Positions 1 through 11,414 of a DNA stretch of 64,000 bases are shown piece after piece. Location of the stretch: NCBI GenBank assembly GCA_963792965.1, contig CAWBYW010000016.1, positions 64,001-128,000 of the forward strand. Direction: 5' to 3'. The notes under the pieces are model-generated. The model worked only from the letters and a program-made list of their open reading frames with translations, did not search any database and was not told the DNA's origin. Each line of letters begins with the position of its first letter. The stretch's first letter is position 1. This DNA comes from an uncultured delta proteobacterium (GTDB lineage: Bacteria > Desulfobacterota > Zymogenia > Zymogenales > Zymogenaceae). The translations under genes were made by a program, and so were the position numbers.

Positions 1-47
1 AAATGAGGGGGGGGGCCATCGCGGCGGCAAATACTATCCCCCGCCAC

Positions 48-76
48 TTGACGAAACCGTGAGCAATTATTATCTT
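48..76 (+). promoter_or_regulatory. putative sigma70 promoter of clpP
   Basis: TTGACG-17 nt-TATCTT, 80 nt upstream of the clpP start. Confidence 0.5.
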
Positions 77-155
77 ATCATCAAGGGGGCTTTTACAGGA
101 GGCGCTAGCCGTCACGATGGAAAGCCCCTTTATACTGTGTAAGAGGATCACCGGT

Positions 156-740
156 ATGTCACTTATTCCGATCGTGGTGGAACAGGATGGCCGCGGCGAG
201 CGGGCATTCGATATCTACTCGCGTCTCCTCAAGGACCGGGTGATATTCCTGGGCACCGTCATCACAGACGAGATCGCAAACCTCGTCATCGCTCAATTGC
301 TCTTCTTGGAGGCCGACGACCCTGACAAGGATATCAGCCTCTATATCAACTCGCCGGGCGGAAGTGTGACGTCGGGCATGGCCATCTATGACACCATGCA
401 GTATATTAAACCATCCGTCTCCACCATCTGCGTCGGTCAGGCCTCGTCCATGGGGGCGGTCCTGCTGGCCGCAGGCGCCAAGGGAAAGCGACTTGCGCTC
501 CCCCATTCGCGTATCCTCATCCACCAGGTCATGGGTGGATTCGAGGGGCAGGCCTCGGACATCGACATTCACGCAAAGGAGATCCTCAGGGTCAAGGAGG
601 AGCTCAACCTTATCATCTCCCGTCACACGGGCCAGCCCATCGAGAGGATCGTTGCGGATTCTGACCGCGACTTCTTCATGACGGGTATCCAGGCCAAGGA
701 ATACGGCCTCGTGGACGAGGTGATCGAGAAACGCAAATAG
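156..740 (+). CDS. clpP: ATP-dependent Clp protease proteolytic subunit
   Basis: [26 protein letters not shown] (Ser), ILIHQ (His); ATG at 156 follows AAGAGGA RBS (ORF track starts at 117). Confidence 0.97.
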   Translation: MSLIPIVVEQDGRGERAFDIYSRLLKDRVIFLGTVITDEIANLVIAQLLFLEADDPDKDISLYINSPGGSVTSGMAIYDTMQYIKPSVSTICVGQASSMGAVLLAAGAKGKRLALPHSRILIHQVMGGFEGQASDIDIHAKEILRVKEELNLIISRHTGQPIERIVADSDRDFFMTGIQAKEYGLVDEVIEKRK

Positions 741-834
741 TTTTGACGGGATGCGGTATGATGTGAGATAATAGACGTACGTAGGGATATGCGACATCAT
801 ACGCGGTTTTATGTAACATAAGGGCAGCAACATA

Positions 835-2082
835 ATGGACGATCTCAAAGAAAAAGAGCGGGAACGAGGGATGTTTTGCTCGTTCTGCGGCAAGAGTCAG
901 AAAGACGTAAAGAAGTTGATTGCGGGGCCGACGAGCTTTATCTGCGACGAGTGCGTGGAGCTCTGCAACGATATCATCGCCGAGGAATATGAGCGCGAGG
1001 AGCTCAACAAGACGCACTCGGAGATCCCCAAGCCGGTCCAGATAAAGGCATTCCTCGATGAATACGTCATCGGGCAGGAGCGCGCCAAGAAGATCCTTTC
1101 GGTCGCCGTGCATAACCATTACAAACGAATAGACTGCGACACGCGGGGCAGCGACATCGAGCTGCAGAAGAGCAATATCCTGCTCTTGGGACCCACCGGG
1201 TCCGGCAAGACGCTGCTGGCGCAGACGCTTGCGAAATTCCTCAAGGTACCCTTCACGATCGCCGACGCCACGAGCCTTACCGAGGCGGGATACGTGGGAG
1301 AGGATGTCGAGAACATCATCCTCAACCTCCTACAGGCCTCGGACTACGACCTCGAAAAGGCCTCGCGTGGGATCGTTTATATTGACGAAGTGGACAAAAT
1401 CTCCCGCAAGAGCGAAAACCCGTCGATCACCCGGGACGTTTCCGGCGAAGGAGTACAGCAGGCCCTCCTCAAGATCATCGAGGGAACCATCGCCAACGTG
1501 CCCCCCAAGGGCGGCAGAAAACACCCCCAGCAGGAGTTTCTCCCCGTCGACACGACCAACATACTCTTCATCTGCGGGGGAGCCTTCACGGGACTGGAAA
1601 AACTCGTGGAGAGGAGGCTGCATTCCAAGACCCTCGGCTTCGGGGCGGATATCAAGAGGAAAAAGGAGATGGATATCGGCGAGACCCTGGCCCAGGTGCA
1701 GCCTATGGACTTGATCAAATACGGGCTGATCCCGGAGTTTGTGGGGAGACTCCCGGTCATCGCCTCCCTCACCGATCTCTCGGAGGAGGCACTCATCAAG
1801 ATTCTGACCGACCCGAAGAACGCCCTGGTCAAGCAGTACCAGAAGCTTTTCGATTTTGAGAAGGTGAAACTGAGATTCACCGACGGCGCGCTGGCGTCGA
1901 TAGCCAGACTCGCCATCGAGCGCGGCTCCGGAGCGCGGGGACTTCGCTCGATCATGGAGAACATCATGCTCGACTTGATGTATGAAATCCCCTCGCAGAA
2001 GAACATCAAGGAATGCATCATCAACGATGGTGTCGTTATGAAAAAGGAGAACCCGATCATACTCTACGAGAAATCGGCCTGA
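835..2082 (+). CDS. clpX: Clp protease ATP-binding subunit ClpX
   Basis: CSFCGK...CDEC Zn-binding domain, GPTGSGKT Walker [29 protein letters not shown]. Confidence 0.98.
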   Translation: MDDLKEKERERGMFCSFCGKSQKDVKKLIAGPTSFICDECVELCNDIIAEEYEREELNKTHSEIPKPVQIKAFLDEYVIGQERAKKILSVAVHNHYKRIDCDTRGSDIELQKSNILLLGPTGSGKTLLAQTLAKFLKVPFTIADATSLTEAGYVGEDVENIILNLLQASDYDLEKASRGIVYIDEVDKISRKSENPSITRDVSGEGVQQALLKIIEGTIANVPPKGGRKHPQQEFLPVDTTNILFICGGAFTGLEKLVERRLHSKTLGFGADIKRKKEMDIGETLAQVQPMDLIKYGLIPEFVGRLPVIASLTDLSEEALIKILTDPKNALVKQYQKLFDFEKVKLRFTDGALASIARLAIERGSGARGLRSIMENIMLDLMYEIPSQKNIKECIINDGVVMKKENPIILYEKSA

Positions 2083-2121
2083 GCGGCCGATTCCGAACCC
2101 GATACAAGGAGAACGTAGACA

Positions 2122-4572
2122 ATGTTTTTCAAGAATGAAAAAGATGAATTATCTCATACCGCCCAGGGGGAGAACCTCATACCTCTGCTTCCCCTGAGGG
2201 ATATTATCATCTTCCCCCATATGGTGGTTCCGCTTTTCGTTGGAAGGAAGAAATCGATCAACGCCCTGGAATCGGCGATGTCCGCCGATAAGAGCATCCT
2301 CCTTTCGGCGCAGCACAACGCGAAGACCGATGATCCCGGGCCCGACCAGATCTACCAGATCGGCACGGTGGGCATCATCATACAGCTGTTGAGGCTCCCC
2401 GACGGGACGGTCAAGGTCCTCGTCGAGGGAAAGCAGCGGGCGCGCATCAGACGGCACGTCCCTAATGAGGACTATTTCCTGGTCGATGCCGAGCTGATTG
2501 TGGAGAACAACGACGTCACTCCGGAGACGGAAGCGCTCATGCGCTCCGTCAACAGCACCTTTGAGACCTACGCCAAGCTCAACCGGAAGATCCCGCCGGA
2601 GATGATCCTTTCGGTGGCCTCGATCAGCGAGTCGTCTCGGCTCGCCGATACGATCGTCACCCACCTCAATCTGAAGATCGAGGAGAAGCAGTCGGTTCTC
2701 GAGCTCGAACAACCCGCCAAAAGGCTGGAAAAAGTCCTCTCGTTCATGCAGAGCGAGATCGAGATACTCCAGATCGAGCGGCGCATCAAGAACCGCGTCA
2801 AAAAGCAGATGGAGCGGACTCAGAAAGAATACTACCTCAACGAGCAGATGAGGGCCATCCAGAAGGAGCTCGGCGAGAAGGACGAGTTCAAGAGCGAGCT
2901 TAAGGAGATCGAGGATAAGATCAAGAAGAAAAAGCTGTCCGCCGAGGCGCGCGACAGAGCAGAGAAAGAGCTGAAGAAGCTCAAGATGATGTCTCCCATG
3001 AGCGCGGAGGCGACCGTCATCAGGAACTACCTCGACTGGATCCTTGCCCTCCCCTGGGGCGAATATACCGAGGACAAGCTCGATATCGACGAGGCCGCCC
3101 GGATCCTCGAAGAGGACCACTATGGGCTCAAGAAGCCCAAGGAGCGGATCCTTGAATACCTCGCCGTCAAGCACCTGAAAAAGGACATGAAAGGCCCCAT
3201 CCTCTGTTTCGTCGGCCCCCCGGGGGTCGGCAAGACGTCGCTGGGCAAATCCATCGCTCGTGCCACCGGCAGGAACTTCGTGCGGCTCTCGTTGGGCGGC
3301 GTTCGGGACGAGGCGGAAATCAGGGGCCATCGGCGCACCTACATCGGCGCGCTTCCCGGCAAGATCGTCCAGTACCTGAGGAAGTCGAAGTCCTCCAACC
3401 CCGTCTACCTCATGGACGAGGTGGACAAGATGAGCACCGATTTCCGCGGTGATCCGTCGGCGGCGCTCTTGGAGGTGCTGGATCCCGAGCAGAACAGCAC
3501 GTTCAACGACCACTACCTCGACCTTGATTACGATCTCTCGAAGGTGATGTTCATCACGACGGCAAACCTGCTCTACAACATCCCGAGACCGCTGCAGGAC
3601 AGGATGGAGATCATCCAGATCGACAGTTACACCGAGATCGAAAAGCTCAACATCGCCCAGAAGTTCCTGGTCAAGAAACAGGCGGCCGAAAACGGGCTCA
3701 AGGAGGCCGGCATCTCGTTTACCGATAAGGCCATGCTTACCGTCATCCGGAACTACACCCGTGAGGCCGGCGTGAGGAGTCTCGAGCGCGAGATCGGCTC
3801 CATCTGCCGCAAGGTGGCCAAGGAGGTCGTCAGGCACGGGCCCGAGTTTACGATCCTCATTACGCCAAACAGGGTCCGCAAGTATCTCGGCATCCCCCGC
3901 TTCCGCTACGGCAAGCTCGAGGAAGAGGATACCATCGGCATCGCGACCGGCATGGCCTGGACGGAGGTCGGCGGTGAGCTCCTCACCATCGAGGTGAGCG
4001 TTGTGCCCGGCAAGGGGAAGCTGACCATCACCGGCAAGCTCGGCGAGGTCATGCAGGAGAGCGCCCAGGCGGCCATGAGCTACGTCCGGAGCCGCGCCGA
4101 TGAATTGGGGCTTGACCGCGACTTCTATCAGAACATCGACCTGCACATCCATGTCCCCGAGGGCGCCATCCCCAAGGACGGCCCGTCGGCGGGCATCACC
4201 ATGGCCACCGCCATCGCCTCGGCCCTCACGAAGATCAAGGTCAGGCGCGACCTCGCAATGACCGGGGAGATCACCCTGAGGGGCAGGATACTCCCGATCG
4301 GCGGCCTCAAGGAGAAGCTCCTGGCCGCAAACCGCGGCGGCATAAAAGAGGTCATCATCCCCTCCGAGAACGAGAAGGATCTCGAGGATGTCCCCGATCG
4401 GATCAAGAAATCCCTCAAGATTTCCCACGCCGATCACATGGATCAGGTGTTGAGAAAAGCCCTGGTCCTGAGCGACGCCGATGAGTTCTTCAGGAAGAAC
4501 AGGGAAAACAAGGAAAAGGAATTCGTGAAGGTGGAGCATCCTTCACCCGAGGAGCGGGTGGCCGCCCACTAA
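2122..4572 (+). CDS. lon: endopeptidase La (LonA)
   Basis: LPLRD N-domain, [27 protein letters not shown] (Ser), GGLKEK (Lys). Confidence 0.98.
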   Translation: MFFKNEKDELSHTAQGENLIPLLPLRDIIIFPHMVVPLFVGRKKSINALESAMSADKSILLSAQHNAKTDDPGPDQIYQIGTVGIIIQLLRLPDGTVKVLVEGKQRARIRRHVPNEDYFLVDAELIVENNDVTPETEALMRSVNSTFETYAKLNRKIPPEMILSVASISESSRLADTIVTHLNLKIEEKQSVLELEQPAKRLEKVLSFMQSEIEILQIERRIKNRVKKQMERTQKEYYLNEQMRAIQKELGEKDEFKSELKEIEDKIKKKKLSAEARDRAEKELKKLKMMSPMSAEATVIRNYLDWILALPWGEYTEDKLDIDEAARILEEDHYGLKKPKERILEYLAVKHLKKDMKGPILCFVGPPGVGKTSLGKSIARATGRNFVRLSLGGVRDEAEIRGHRRTYIGALPGKIVQYLRKSKSSNPVYLMDEVDKMSTDFRGDPSAALLEVLDPEQNSTFNDHYLDLDYDLSKVMFITTANLLYNIPRPLQDRMEIIQIDSYTEIEKLNIAQKFLVKKQAAENGLKEAGISFTDKAMLTVIRNYTREAGVRSLEREIGSICRKVAKEVVRHGPEFTILITPNRVRKYLGIPRFRYGKLEEEDTIGIATGMAWTEVGGELLTIEVSVVPGKGKLTITGKLGEVMQESAQAAMSYVRSRADELGLDRDFYQNIDLHIHVPEGAIPKDGPSAGITMATAIASALTKIKVRRDLAMTGEITLRGRILPIGGLKEKLLAANRGGIKEVIIPSENEKDLEDVPDRIKKSLKISHADHMDQVLRKALVLSDADEFFRKNRENKEKEFVKVEHPSPEERVAAH

Positions 4573-4589
4573 TAGATCGTCGGATCGAT

Positions 4590-4622
4590 AAAAAGGGAGA
4601 ACGTTTCGTTCTCCCTTTTTTT
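4590..4622 (+). terminator. intrinsic terminator after lon
   Basis: AAAAGGGAGAACG/CGTTCTCCCTTTT hairpin followed by a T tract. Confidence 0.8.
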
Positions 4623-4761
4623 ATTCTGGCACATCGGTTTTCGTCCCTGAGACCAAAGGGGAGAGGCGACGGCGTCTCTCAGATTGACTGCCGACGAAAG
4701 GGGGCGGCGCTCCAGCGGCCGGGTGCTTCTCCGTTTTCGGCCTGCCCGTTTCCCTTTTTTC

Positions 4762-4790
4762 TTGACAACAAAATCGGCCCATGAGAGTAT
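4762..4790 (+). promoter_or_regulatory. putative sigma70 promoter of the tRNA pair
   Basis: TTGACA-17 nt-GAGTAT with a TGn extension, 24 nt before tRNA-Val. Confidence 0.5.
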
Positions 4791-4814
4791 TAAAGTTCTG
4801 GCGGCAGGGCCAAT

Positions 4815-4890
4815 GGGCGGATAGCTCAGCTGGTAGAGCACCGGCCTTACAAGCCGGGGGTCACAGGTTCAAACCCTGTTCCGCCTACCA
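4815..4890 (+). tRNA. tRNA-Val (TAC)
   Basis: cloverleaf: GGGCGGA/TCCGCCT acceptor stem, CCGGC-CTTACAA-GCCGG anticodon arm, GGTTCAAA T-loop, encoded CCA. Confidence 0.97.
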
Positions 4891-5015
4891 TATCATACAT
4901 ACCCGGGAGGACGGAGAAGAGCGAGACACGGTCGGTTTCCCCAAGACATAACGACCGCCGCGATTGCCGGTGCATCAGATAGAAAGAGGAGCTCGGGAAA
5001 CAGAAATAAGAAAGA

Positions 5016-5092
<77 letters not shown>

Positions 5093-5100
5093 GAATAAAG

Positions 5101-5128
5101 AAAAGCCCTCGCATCGCGAGGGCTTTTT
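5101..5128 (+). terminator. intrinsic terminator after tRNA-Asp
   Basis: AAAAGCCCTCGC-ATC-GCGAGGGCTTTTT. Confidence 0.85.
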
Positions 5129-5248
5129 CGTATCCATCACGTTCTCTCTCCTTGGCGCTGCCTCTTCTTCCTCTTTTCCGCTCTCTCCCGCGTGTCAAAA
5201 CCTCTAGCGAAAGGCCCACGCGCGTGGGCGTCTGAACGACGTGTGTCT

Positions 5249-6283
5249 CTATCGTGATATCATTCTTCCCTTATACGTGATCGACTCGATAATCCGCTCG
5301 GCCTTCTTTTGCATATCCGGCGTCAGCGGGGCGTACTGGAGTGGCTCGCAAAACCGTTGCCCGTCGTGGGTCATCCACCAGACGAGATCGACCAGCGCCT
5401 TGGCCCGTCTCTCCGACATCTTCCGAGCGCCCAGCTCCCGATTGAGGACGATCCAGGTGAACCCGGCGATCGGATAGCCTTCTTTCTCGTCGGTATCGAC
5501 AAGTGAGATCACGGTGTCATTGGGGATCTCTACCCGGGCGCAGGTATCCAGAGACTCAAGAGTCGGGAGGACGAAGTTACCGTGCTTGTTCTCGATCATC
5601 GCCCGCGGCAGGTCGTTGATGAGCGCGTATGAGAGTTCGACGTAGCCGATGCTGCCGGAAAGATTCTTGACCAGACCCGTCACGCCCGCGTTCCCCTTCG
5701 CCCCAACGCCTGTCGGCCACCGGATGGAGAGCCCCGTCCCGACGTGCTCTTTCCATACGGGACTGACCTTGCTGAGGTACTGGGTAAAGATGGCGGTCGT
5801 CCCGCTGCCGTCGCTCCGGTATACCACGGCGATGGGTCGGTCGGGGAGGTCCACGCCCGGATTTGCGTCGGCGATGGCCGGGTCATTCCAGCTCTTAATG
5901 AGGCCGGAAAAAATATCGACCAACACCGGGCCTGAGAGCTTCAATACGGGATTCCCGGGGATATTATAGGTGACCGAAACGCCTCCCACGGCAATGGGAA
6001 CGTAGACAAACCCGTTTGCCCCATCGCCCGTGATCGGCACGTCCGTCCCTCCAAAATCGACGGACCTGGCCAAGAGCTGTCTGATACCTCCCCCCGAGCC
6101 TATGCCCTGATAGTTGACCTTCACCTGATAGAGCCGATAGTAGGCGTCGAACATCTTGGAATAGAGGGGATGGGGAAAGGTGGCGCCCGCCCCAAGCAAC
6201 TCCTCGCTGGACAAAAGGAAAGGGAGTGCGATGACGGCACCCGCGACGGCCAGTGCGACGATAATCAGAAGTCTCTTTACCAT
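5249..6283 (-). CDS. pstS: phosphate ABC transporter substrate-binding protein
   Basis: GAGATFP, YQGIGSGGG, RSDGSGTT, GNAGV, YPIAGFTW; hydrophobic N-terminus. Confidence 0.93.
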   Translation of the reverse strand: MVKRLLIIVALAVAGAVIALPFLLSSEELLGAGATFPHPLYSKMFDAYYRLYQVKVNYQGIGSGGGIRQLLARSVDFGGTDVPITGDGANGFVYVPIAVGGVSVTYNIPGNPVLKLSGPVLVDIFSGLIKSWNDPAIADANPGVDLPDRPIAVVYRSDGSGTTAIFTQYLSKVSPVWKEHVGTGLSIRWPTGVGAKGNAGVTGLVKNLSGSIGYVELSYALINDLPRAMIENKHGNFVLPTLESLDTCARVEIPNDTVISLVDTDEKEGYPIAGFTWIVLNRELGARKMSERRAKALVDLVWWMTHDGQRFCEPLQYAPLTPDMQKKAERIIESITYKGRMISR

Positions 6284-6422
6284 TGTCCTACCATGTTATG
6301 TCTTGACGGTCCCCAGCTAAAAGTGCTCCGCATCTTTAGACGCTTTGGCGCCGCCGGGCTCCGCTCCGCGCGAGTCTTCTCTCTCATCGGTACCCCCGGT
6401 AAAACGCGCTGTCCTCGTGGTG

Positions 6423-7032
6423 CTATACGGTCGTGGGCCCCTCGCCGGTGCCGACCACCGCCTTCTTCTTTTTCTGGCTCCTGACGATCAGCACCACGAT
6501 GACGATCAGGCCCGCGACCACCAACAGGAAGATCACGCCGATGACAGGCAAGGATCATCCCCACCGTCTTGAAAGCCGTCTCCGGGCTCATCTTGTCGAT
6601 GATGTTTGTGTCATAGATATAGAAATAGTAGCCGACCCTTTCCACCGTGAAGGTCGCCGACAGGCCGGAGACATTCCATTGGGGCCCTTGGGCCGAAAAG
6701 GTCCCCGACACCTCGTACATGACCCCCGGCTTGATCTCCTTGATGTTTTCGTCGGAGAGATTCGGATAAAACGAGAGTTTCACCCCGCCGGAGGCGATCC
6801 GCGCGTAGAGCCCGTTGGTCAGCGCCGTGCGCCTCTCCGGGGGCATGTTCGGAGAGAAGAGGCTGATAATCTGCTGGGTGTTACCCTGGTTGACGTAGGT
6901 CTCGAAGTAGCCGAAGAGCCACTTGAGCTGCTCTTTGTCCTGCGGCGTCAGAGACACGCCGACGGCGCCCTGGGCCGCGATACCGAGTACGATGAGTGCT
7001 CCCAATAAAACCGCGATCGCTTTTGTTTTCAT
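6423..7032 (-). CDS. exported protein with C-terminal membrane anchor (frameshift near 6546)
   Basis: signal peptide; removing one base near 6546 gives ...ILAVIGVIFLLVVAGLIVIVVLIVRSQKKKK...TTV-stop at 6423. Confidence 0.65.
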
Positions 7033-7050
7033 CCCGATCTCCTCGTTGGT

Positions 7051-8403
7051 CTATTTATTATTCTTTGTTTTAAGACTCTTTTCGTGCCGTGCCCTCAGAG
7101 CCGAGAGCCGCCGTTTGATCTCCTCCTCAAAGCCCCGGTCGGTAGGGTGATAGTAGACCCTCCCCGCGAGCTTTTCCGGGAGCCGATCCTGGTCGACCTT
7201 GGCGTCCTGGTAATCGTGCGCGTATTTATAGCCTTTCCCGTAGCCGATCTCCTTCATGAGGCGGGTGGGCGCGTTGCGAATGACCAGCGGCACCGGCAGC
7301 GCCCCGTACCTTTTAACGTCCCCGGAAGCCTGGCCGAACGCGGCGTAAACCGCGTTGCTCTTGGGCGCGCATGCAAGGTAGACAGCGGCCTCCGCCAGCG
7401 CGATCTCCCCCTCGGGGTGGCCCATGAAGTGGTAGGCATCCTTTGCCGCCACGGCCACGCTGAGCGCCCGGGGGTCGGCAAGCCCCACGTCCTCCATCGC
7501 CATACGGATGAGCCGGCGGGCGATATAGAGGGGATCCTCGCCCCCCTCGATCATCCGGGCCAGCCAGTAGAGCGCCGCGTCCGGGTCGGAGTCCCGGACA
7601 GACTTGTGCAGCGCCGAGATGATGTTGTAGTGCTCCTCGCCCCCCTTGTCGTACATGAGGGCGCGCTTCTGCATCGCCTCCTCGGCGATGGGAAGGGTGA
7701 TGTGGATGGTGCCGTTCGGCTCGGGGGCGGTGTTTCCCACGGCGATCTCGATGCCCAAGAGCGCAATCCGCGCGTCCCCATGGGCCTGAGAGGCCAGGTG
7801 GGCCAGGGCGTCGTCATCGATGGCAAGCGGGAGGTTCCCGAGCCCGCGCTCTTTATCGGCAACGGCGCGCCGGACGATTGTCAACAGGTCCTGTTCCTCG
7901 AGCGCCGCGAAGACGTAGACCCGCGTGCGGGAAAGGAGCGCGGAGTTGACCTCAAACGAGGGATTTTCGGTGGTGGCGCCGATGAGGGTGATGGTGCCGT
8001 CTTCAACGTACGGCAGGAACACGTCCTGCTGCGCCTTATTGAAGCGGTGGATCTCGTCGATGAAGAGGATTGTCTTTTTACCGGAGTACTTGAGGTCGTT
8101 CTTGGCCTTCTCGATGACCTCCTTGACGTCCTTGATCCCGGAGGTGACGGCCGAAAACGAGACGAAGTCCGCGTTTGACCGCTCGGCGATGACGCGGGCA
8201 AGCGTCGTCTTGCCGGTGCCGGGCGGGCCCCAGAAGATCATCGAGGTCAGCTCGTCGGCCTCGATGGATTTACGCAGGAGTTTTCCGGGCCCGAGGATAT
8301 TTGCCTGCCCCACAAACTCGTCCAGGGTCTTGGGCCGCATGCGGTCTGCCAGCGGTGCACGCTTTTCCCGCCGCTTCTTTTCGGAATGGTCAAAGATATC
8401 CAC
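7051..8403 (-). CDS. rarA: replication-associated recombination protein A (RarA/MgsA)
   Basis: PLADRMRP, GPPGTGKTT, DEIHRFNKAQQD, GATTENPSF, ISALHKSVR, GYKYAHD; GTG start at 8403 preferred. Confidence 0.95.
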   Translation of the reverse strand: MDIFDHSEKKRREKRAPLADRMRPKTLDEFVGQANILGPGKLLRKSIEADELTSMIFWGPPGTGKTTLARVIAERSNADFVSFSAVTSGIKDVKEVIEKAKNDLKYSGKKTILFIDEIHRFNKAQQDVFLPYVEDGTITLIGATTENPSFEVNSALLSRTRVYVFAALEEQDLLTIVRRAVADKERGLGNLPLAIDDDALAHLASQAHGDARIALLGIEIAVGNTAPEPNGTIHITLPIAEEAMQKRALMYDKGGEEHYNIISALHKSVRDSDPDAALYWLARMIEGGEDPLYIARRLIRMAMEDVGLADPRALSVAVAAKDAYHFMGHPEGEIALAEAAVYLACAPKSNAVYAAFGQASGDVKRYGALPVPLVIRNAPTRLMKEIGYGKGYKYAHDYQDAKVDQDRLPEKLAGRVYYHPTDRGFEEEIKRRLSALRARHEKSLKTKNNK

Positions 8404-8666
8404 AGGTTCCCTCTTTGACGTAATTATAGTAGGAATATACCGGTGAGGCAAGGGATTATTATTACCGGAATGGTCCGTGATATGAGTAGGCAGATTGATG
8501 GTATCAGATTAATTAGAAGCCCTGATCTGAGAAAGCACTTGTAATTGGGCCTATCATCTGATACTATTTATTAAGAATTAATACGCAGGGTCAAAAGCGA
8601 GTCCATGGAAGTTATATCTCGCGTTACGTTGCTCTTAGCTTTCCCATTTAGTAATTGATTAGTTTT

Positions 8667-9942
8667 ATGCCCAAAACAAAGCCCATCCCCGAATACGATG
8701 CTCCGCCCCAACAAGACATCCCCTCCGCCGAATCGTTTGACCGCTTGAATCTCGACGAGCGCGTCTTTTCCGGGGTTCATGACCTCGGATTCGTCATCCC
8801 CACCGAGATTCAGAAAAAGGCCCTCCCCTATACCCTCTTGGGATATGACCTGATCGGCCAGGCGCAGACCGGCACGGGCAAGACCGCGGCCTTTCTCATC
8901 ACGATCTTTGACCGGCTCCTCAAGAATCCGCCTCAGACAAGCATTTTACCCCGGGCGCTCATTATCGCGCCGACCCGGGAGCTCACCGTCCAGATCGAGC
9001 GTGAGGCCCATGATCTCGGCACCCACACGGGACTTGCCACCACCTCCGTCTTTGGAGGGGTCGATTACAAAAAGCAGGCCGACACGCTCAGGGCGGGCGT
9101 CGACATCGTCGTGGGGACACCGGGGCGCCTTATCGATTACATGAAGCAGGGCATTCTGAAGACGGACGGCATCGAGATCCTCGTCATCGACGAGGCCGAC
9201 CGCCTCCTCGACATGGGCTTCATCAAAGACCTCCGCTTTGTCCTCAAGAAGCTCCCGCCGTTTGTCGGGCGCCAGACGCTCCTCTTCTCGGCCACGATCA
9301 CGTTTTCGGTCATCGAGGCGACGTATGCCTACATGAAAATCCCCGTCGAGGTCTCCGCTACCCCCGAGAGCATCACCGTCGAAGAGGTGACGCAACAGCT
9401 CTACCACGTCGGGAAGCGTGAAAAATTTCGGCTGCTGCTTGGGTCTCATCGGAAAAATCGACAGCGAAAAGATCCTGATTTTTGCCAACACGAAGAGCGG
9501 CGTGATGATGCTCAAGGAGCGGCTCGTCAGAAACGGGATCTCCGCGCAGGCCCTCTCGGGCGACATTCCCCAGAGGAAGCGCCTTTCGATCCTCGAGCGT
9601 TTCATGAGGGGAGAGCTCAGGGTGCTCATCGGCACGGACGTGGCTTCCCGGGGCCTCCACATCGAGGACGTCGACTGCGTGGTCCTCTACGACCTGCCCC
9701 AGAATCCCGAGGATTACGTCCACCGTATCGGGAGGACCGCCCGGGCGGGAAAGAGCGGGATCGCGATCTCTATCGCCACCGAAAACGACGCCCACCTCCT
9801 CGAGCCCATCGAGCGGTTCATCGGCCAGAAGCTCCCCTTTATCGTGGTAAACGAGACCGATCTCGGGGAGGAGACGGATGTCCAGCAGGCCGACGAGAGG
9901 AAGCAAAACCGCGGCAGACCGGGAAATAGGAAGCGGTGGTAA
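8667..9942 (+). CDS. DEAD-box RNA helicase, RhlB-like (frameshift near 9442)
   Basis: AQTGTGKT, PTREL, TPGRLID, DEAD and SAT in the first frame; TDVASRGLHI and YVHRIGRTARAG in ORF 9418..9942. Confidence 0.9.
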
Positions 9943-10047
9943 GACGGTGAAGCGGCTCACGTCAAGTCACTCGGCCCGCGGCCAATAAGCCTCACTCTTC
10001 GCCGCGGCCCGATCGGCCCCGATCTCGCCTCAGGGCTCCGGCCCCTA

Positions 10048-11414
10048 CTATCTACCCGCCTCGATTTTGTACAGCTTGATCTTCTTGTGGAGGTGGCTAC
10101 GCTCCATGTTGAGGACTTTGGCGGTCTGGCTGATGTTGAAGTCGTTTTCCCTGAGCTTTTTCTCGATAAAGATGCTTTCGAACCGATCCCGCGCCTCCCT
10201 GATGTCGTCGGTGGCAAAGAGCGATACGTCGGTTCCCTCTTCCCGCTTACCCCTGATGTAATCCGGGATATCCTCGGGGCCGATGGTGCTGTCCTTGGTC
10301 ATGATGGTGAGCCGCTCGACCAGGTTCTTCAGCTCGCGGACGTTCCCCGGCCAGTGGTAGCCCTTGAGGATCTCGATCGCTCCGCGGGTCTATTGTCTTT
10401 TTCCGGCGCTGTTCTCCCTTTGCAAACTCCTCGATAAAATGATTCACGAGGAGCGGGATGTCCCCTACGCGCTCTCTGAGCGGGGGCACGTCAAGCGGAA
10501 TCACGTTGAGACGGAAGTAGAGGTCTTCCCGGAAGGTGCCCGTCCTCGATCTTTCTGATCAGGTTCTGGTTGGTCGCCGCGACAACGCGCACGTCCACCT
10601 TTATGGTCTTTGCCCCCCCCACCCGATCGAAGCTCCCCTCCTGGAGGATCCTGCAGGATCTTGGCCTGGGTCTTCAGGCTCATGTCGCCGATCTCGTCCA
10701 GAAAAATCGTCCCGCCGTCGGCGGCGTCGAACTTCCCGAACTTCCTGGCATGGGCGCCGGTAAAGGCGCCCTCGCTCGTAGCCGAAGAGCTCGCTCTCGA
10801 TGAGCTCCTCGGGGATCGCCGCGCAGTTGACCTCCACAAAGGGGGAGTCGCTGCGCGTGCCCATGGCAAACAATGCCCGCGCCACGAGCTCCTTGCCGGT
10901 GCCGTTCTCCCCGGAGATCAGCACGTAGCTGTCGGTGGGGGCGGCCATCTGGATTTCTTCCTTCAGCCTCATGATCGGCGGGACTCTCTCCGACGATCGT
11001 CATGCTCACGTCGAAGCGGGCTCGATAGAGGCTTACCTCGGTTTCGAGGCTTTTCTCCCGCAGGGCGTGGTCGATGGTAATGATGATCTTTTCCAGCGAC
11101 AACGGCTTTTCGATGAAGTCGTATGCCCCGAGCTTTGCCGCCTTGACGGCGGTCTCGATGGTGCCGTGCCCGGATATCATGATCACCGCCACCTCCGGGA
11201 AGTCTTCACGAAGCCTCCTGAGGACCTCCATACCGTCCATCTGGGGCATCCAGATATCCAGGAGGATCAGGTGCGGGCGCGTGGTCTCCACCAGATCGAG
11301 GGCCTCGTTCCCGTCCTGGGCGGTAAAGACTTCGTACCCCTCGTCGGAAAGGGCGCCCAGCAGCGATTTTCTGATGCTCTCTTCGTCGTCGACGATCAGT
11401 AAGCGTTTTCTCAT
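10048..11414 (-). CDS. ntrX: sigma54-dependent response regulator, NtrX-like (about 5-6 frameshifts)
   Basis: REC (LLDIWMP), [36 protein letters not shown] and Fis HTH, spread over several frames. Confidence 0.85.

Noticed and set aside
2149-4539. 796-aa antisense ORF to lon, and similar shadows (7084..8178, 17988..19442, 26724..28034, 36446..38152, 58008..59189)
   Set aside because: They lie opposite well-supported genes, have no motifs, and are expected from GC-rich codon bias.
5214-5229. Perfect 16-bp palindrome GCCCACGCGCGTGGGC
   Set aside because: Single GC-rich copy just downstream of pstS; most likely a 3' hairpin or chance.
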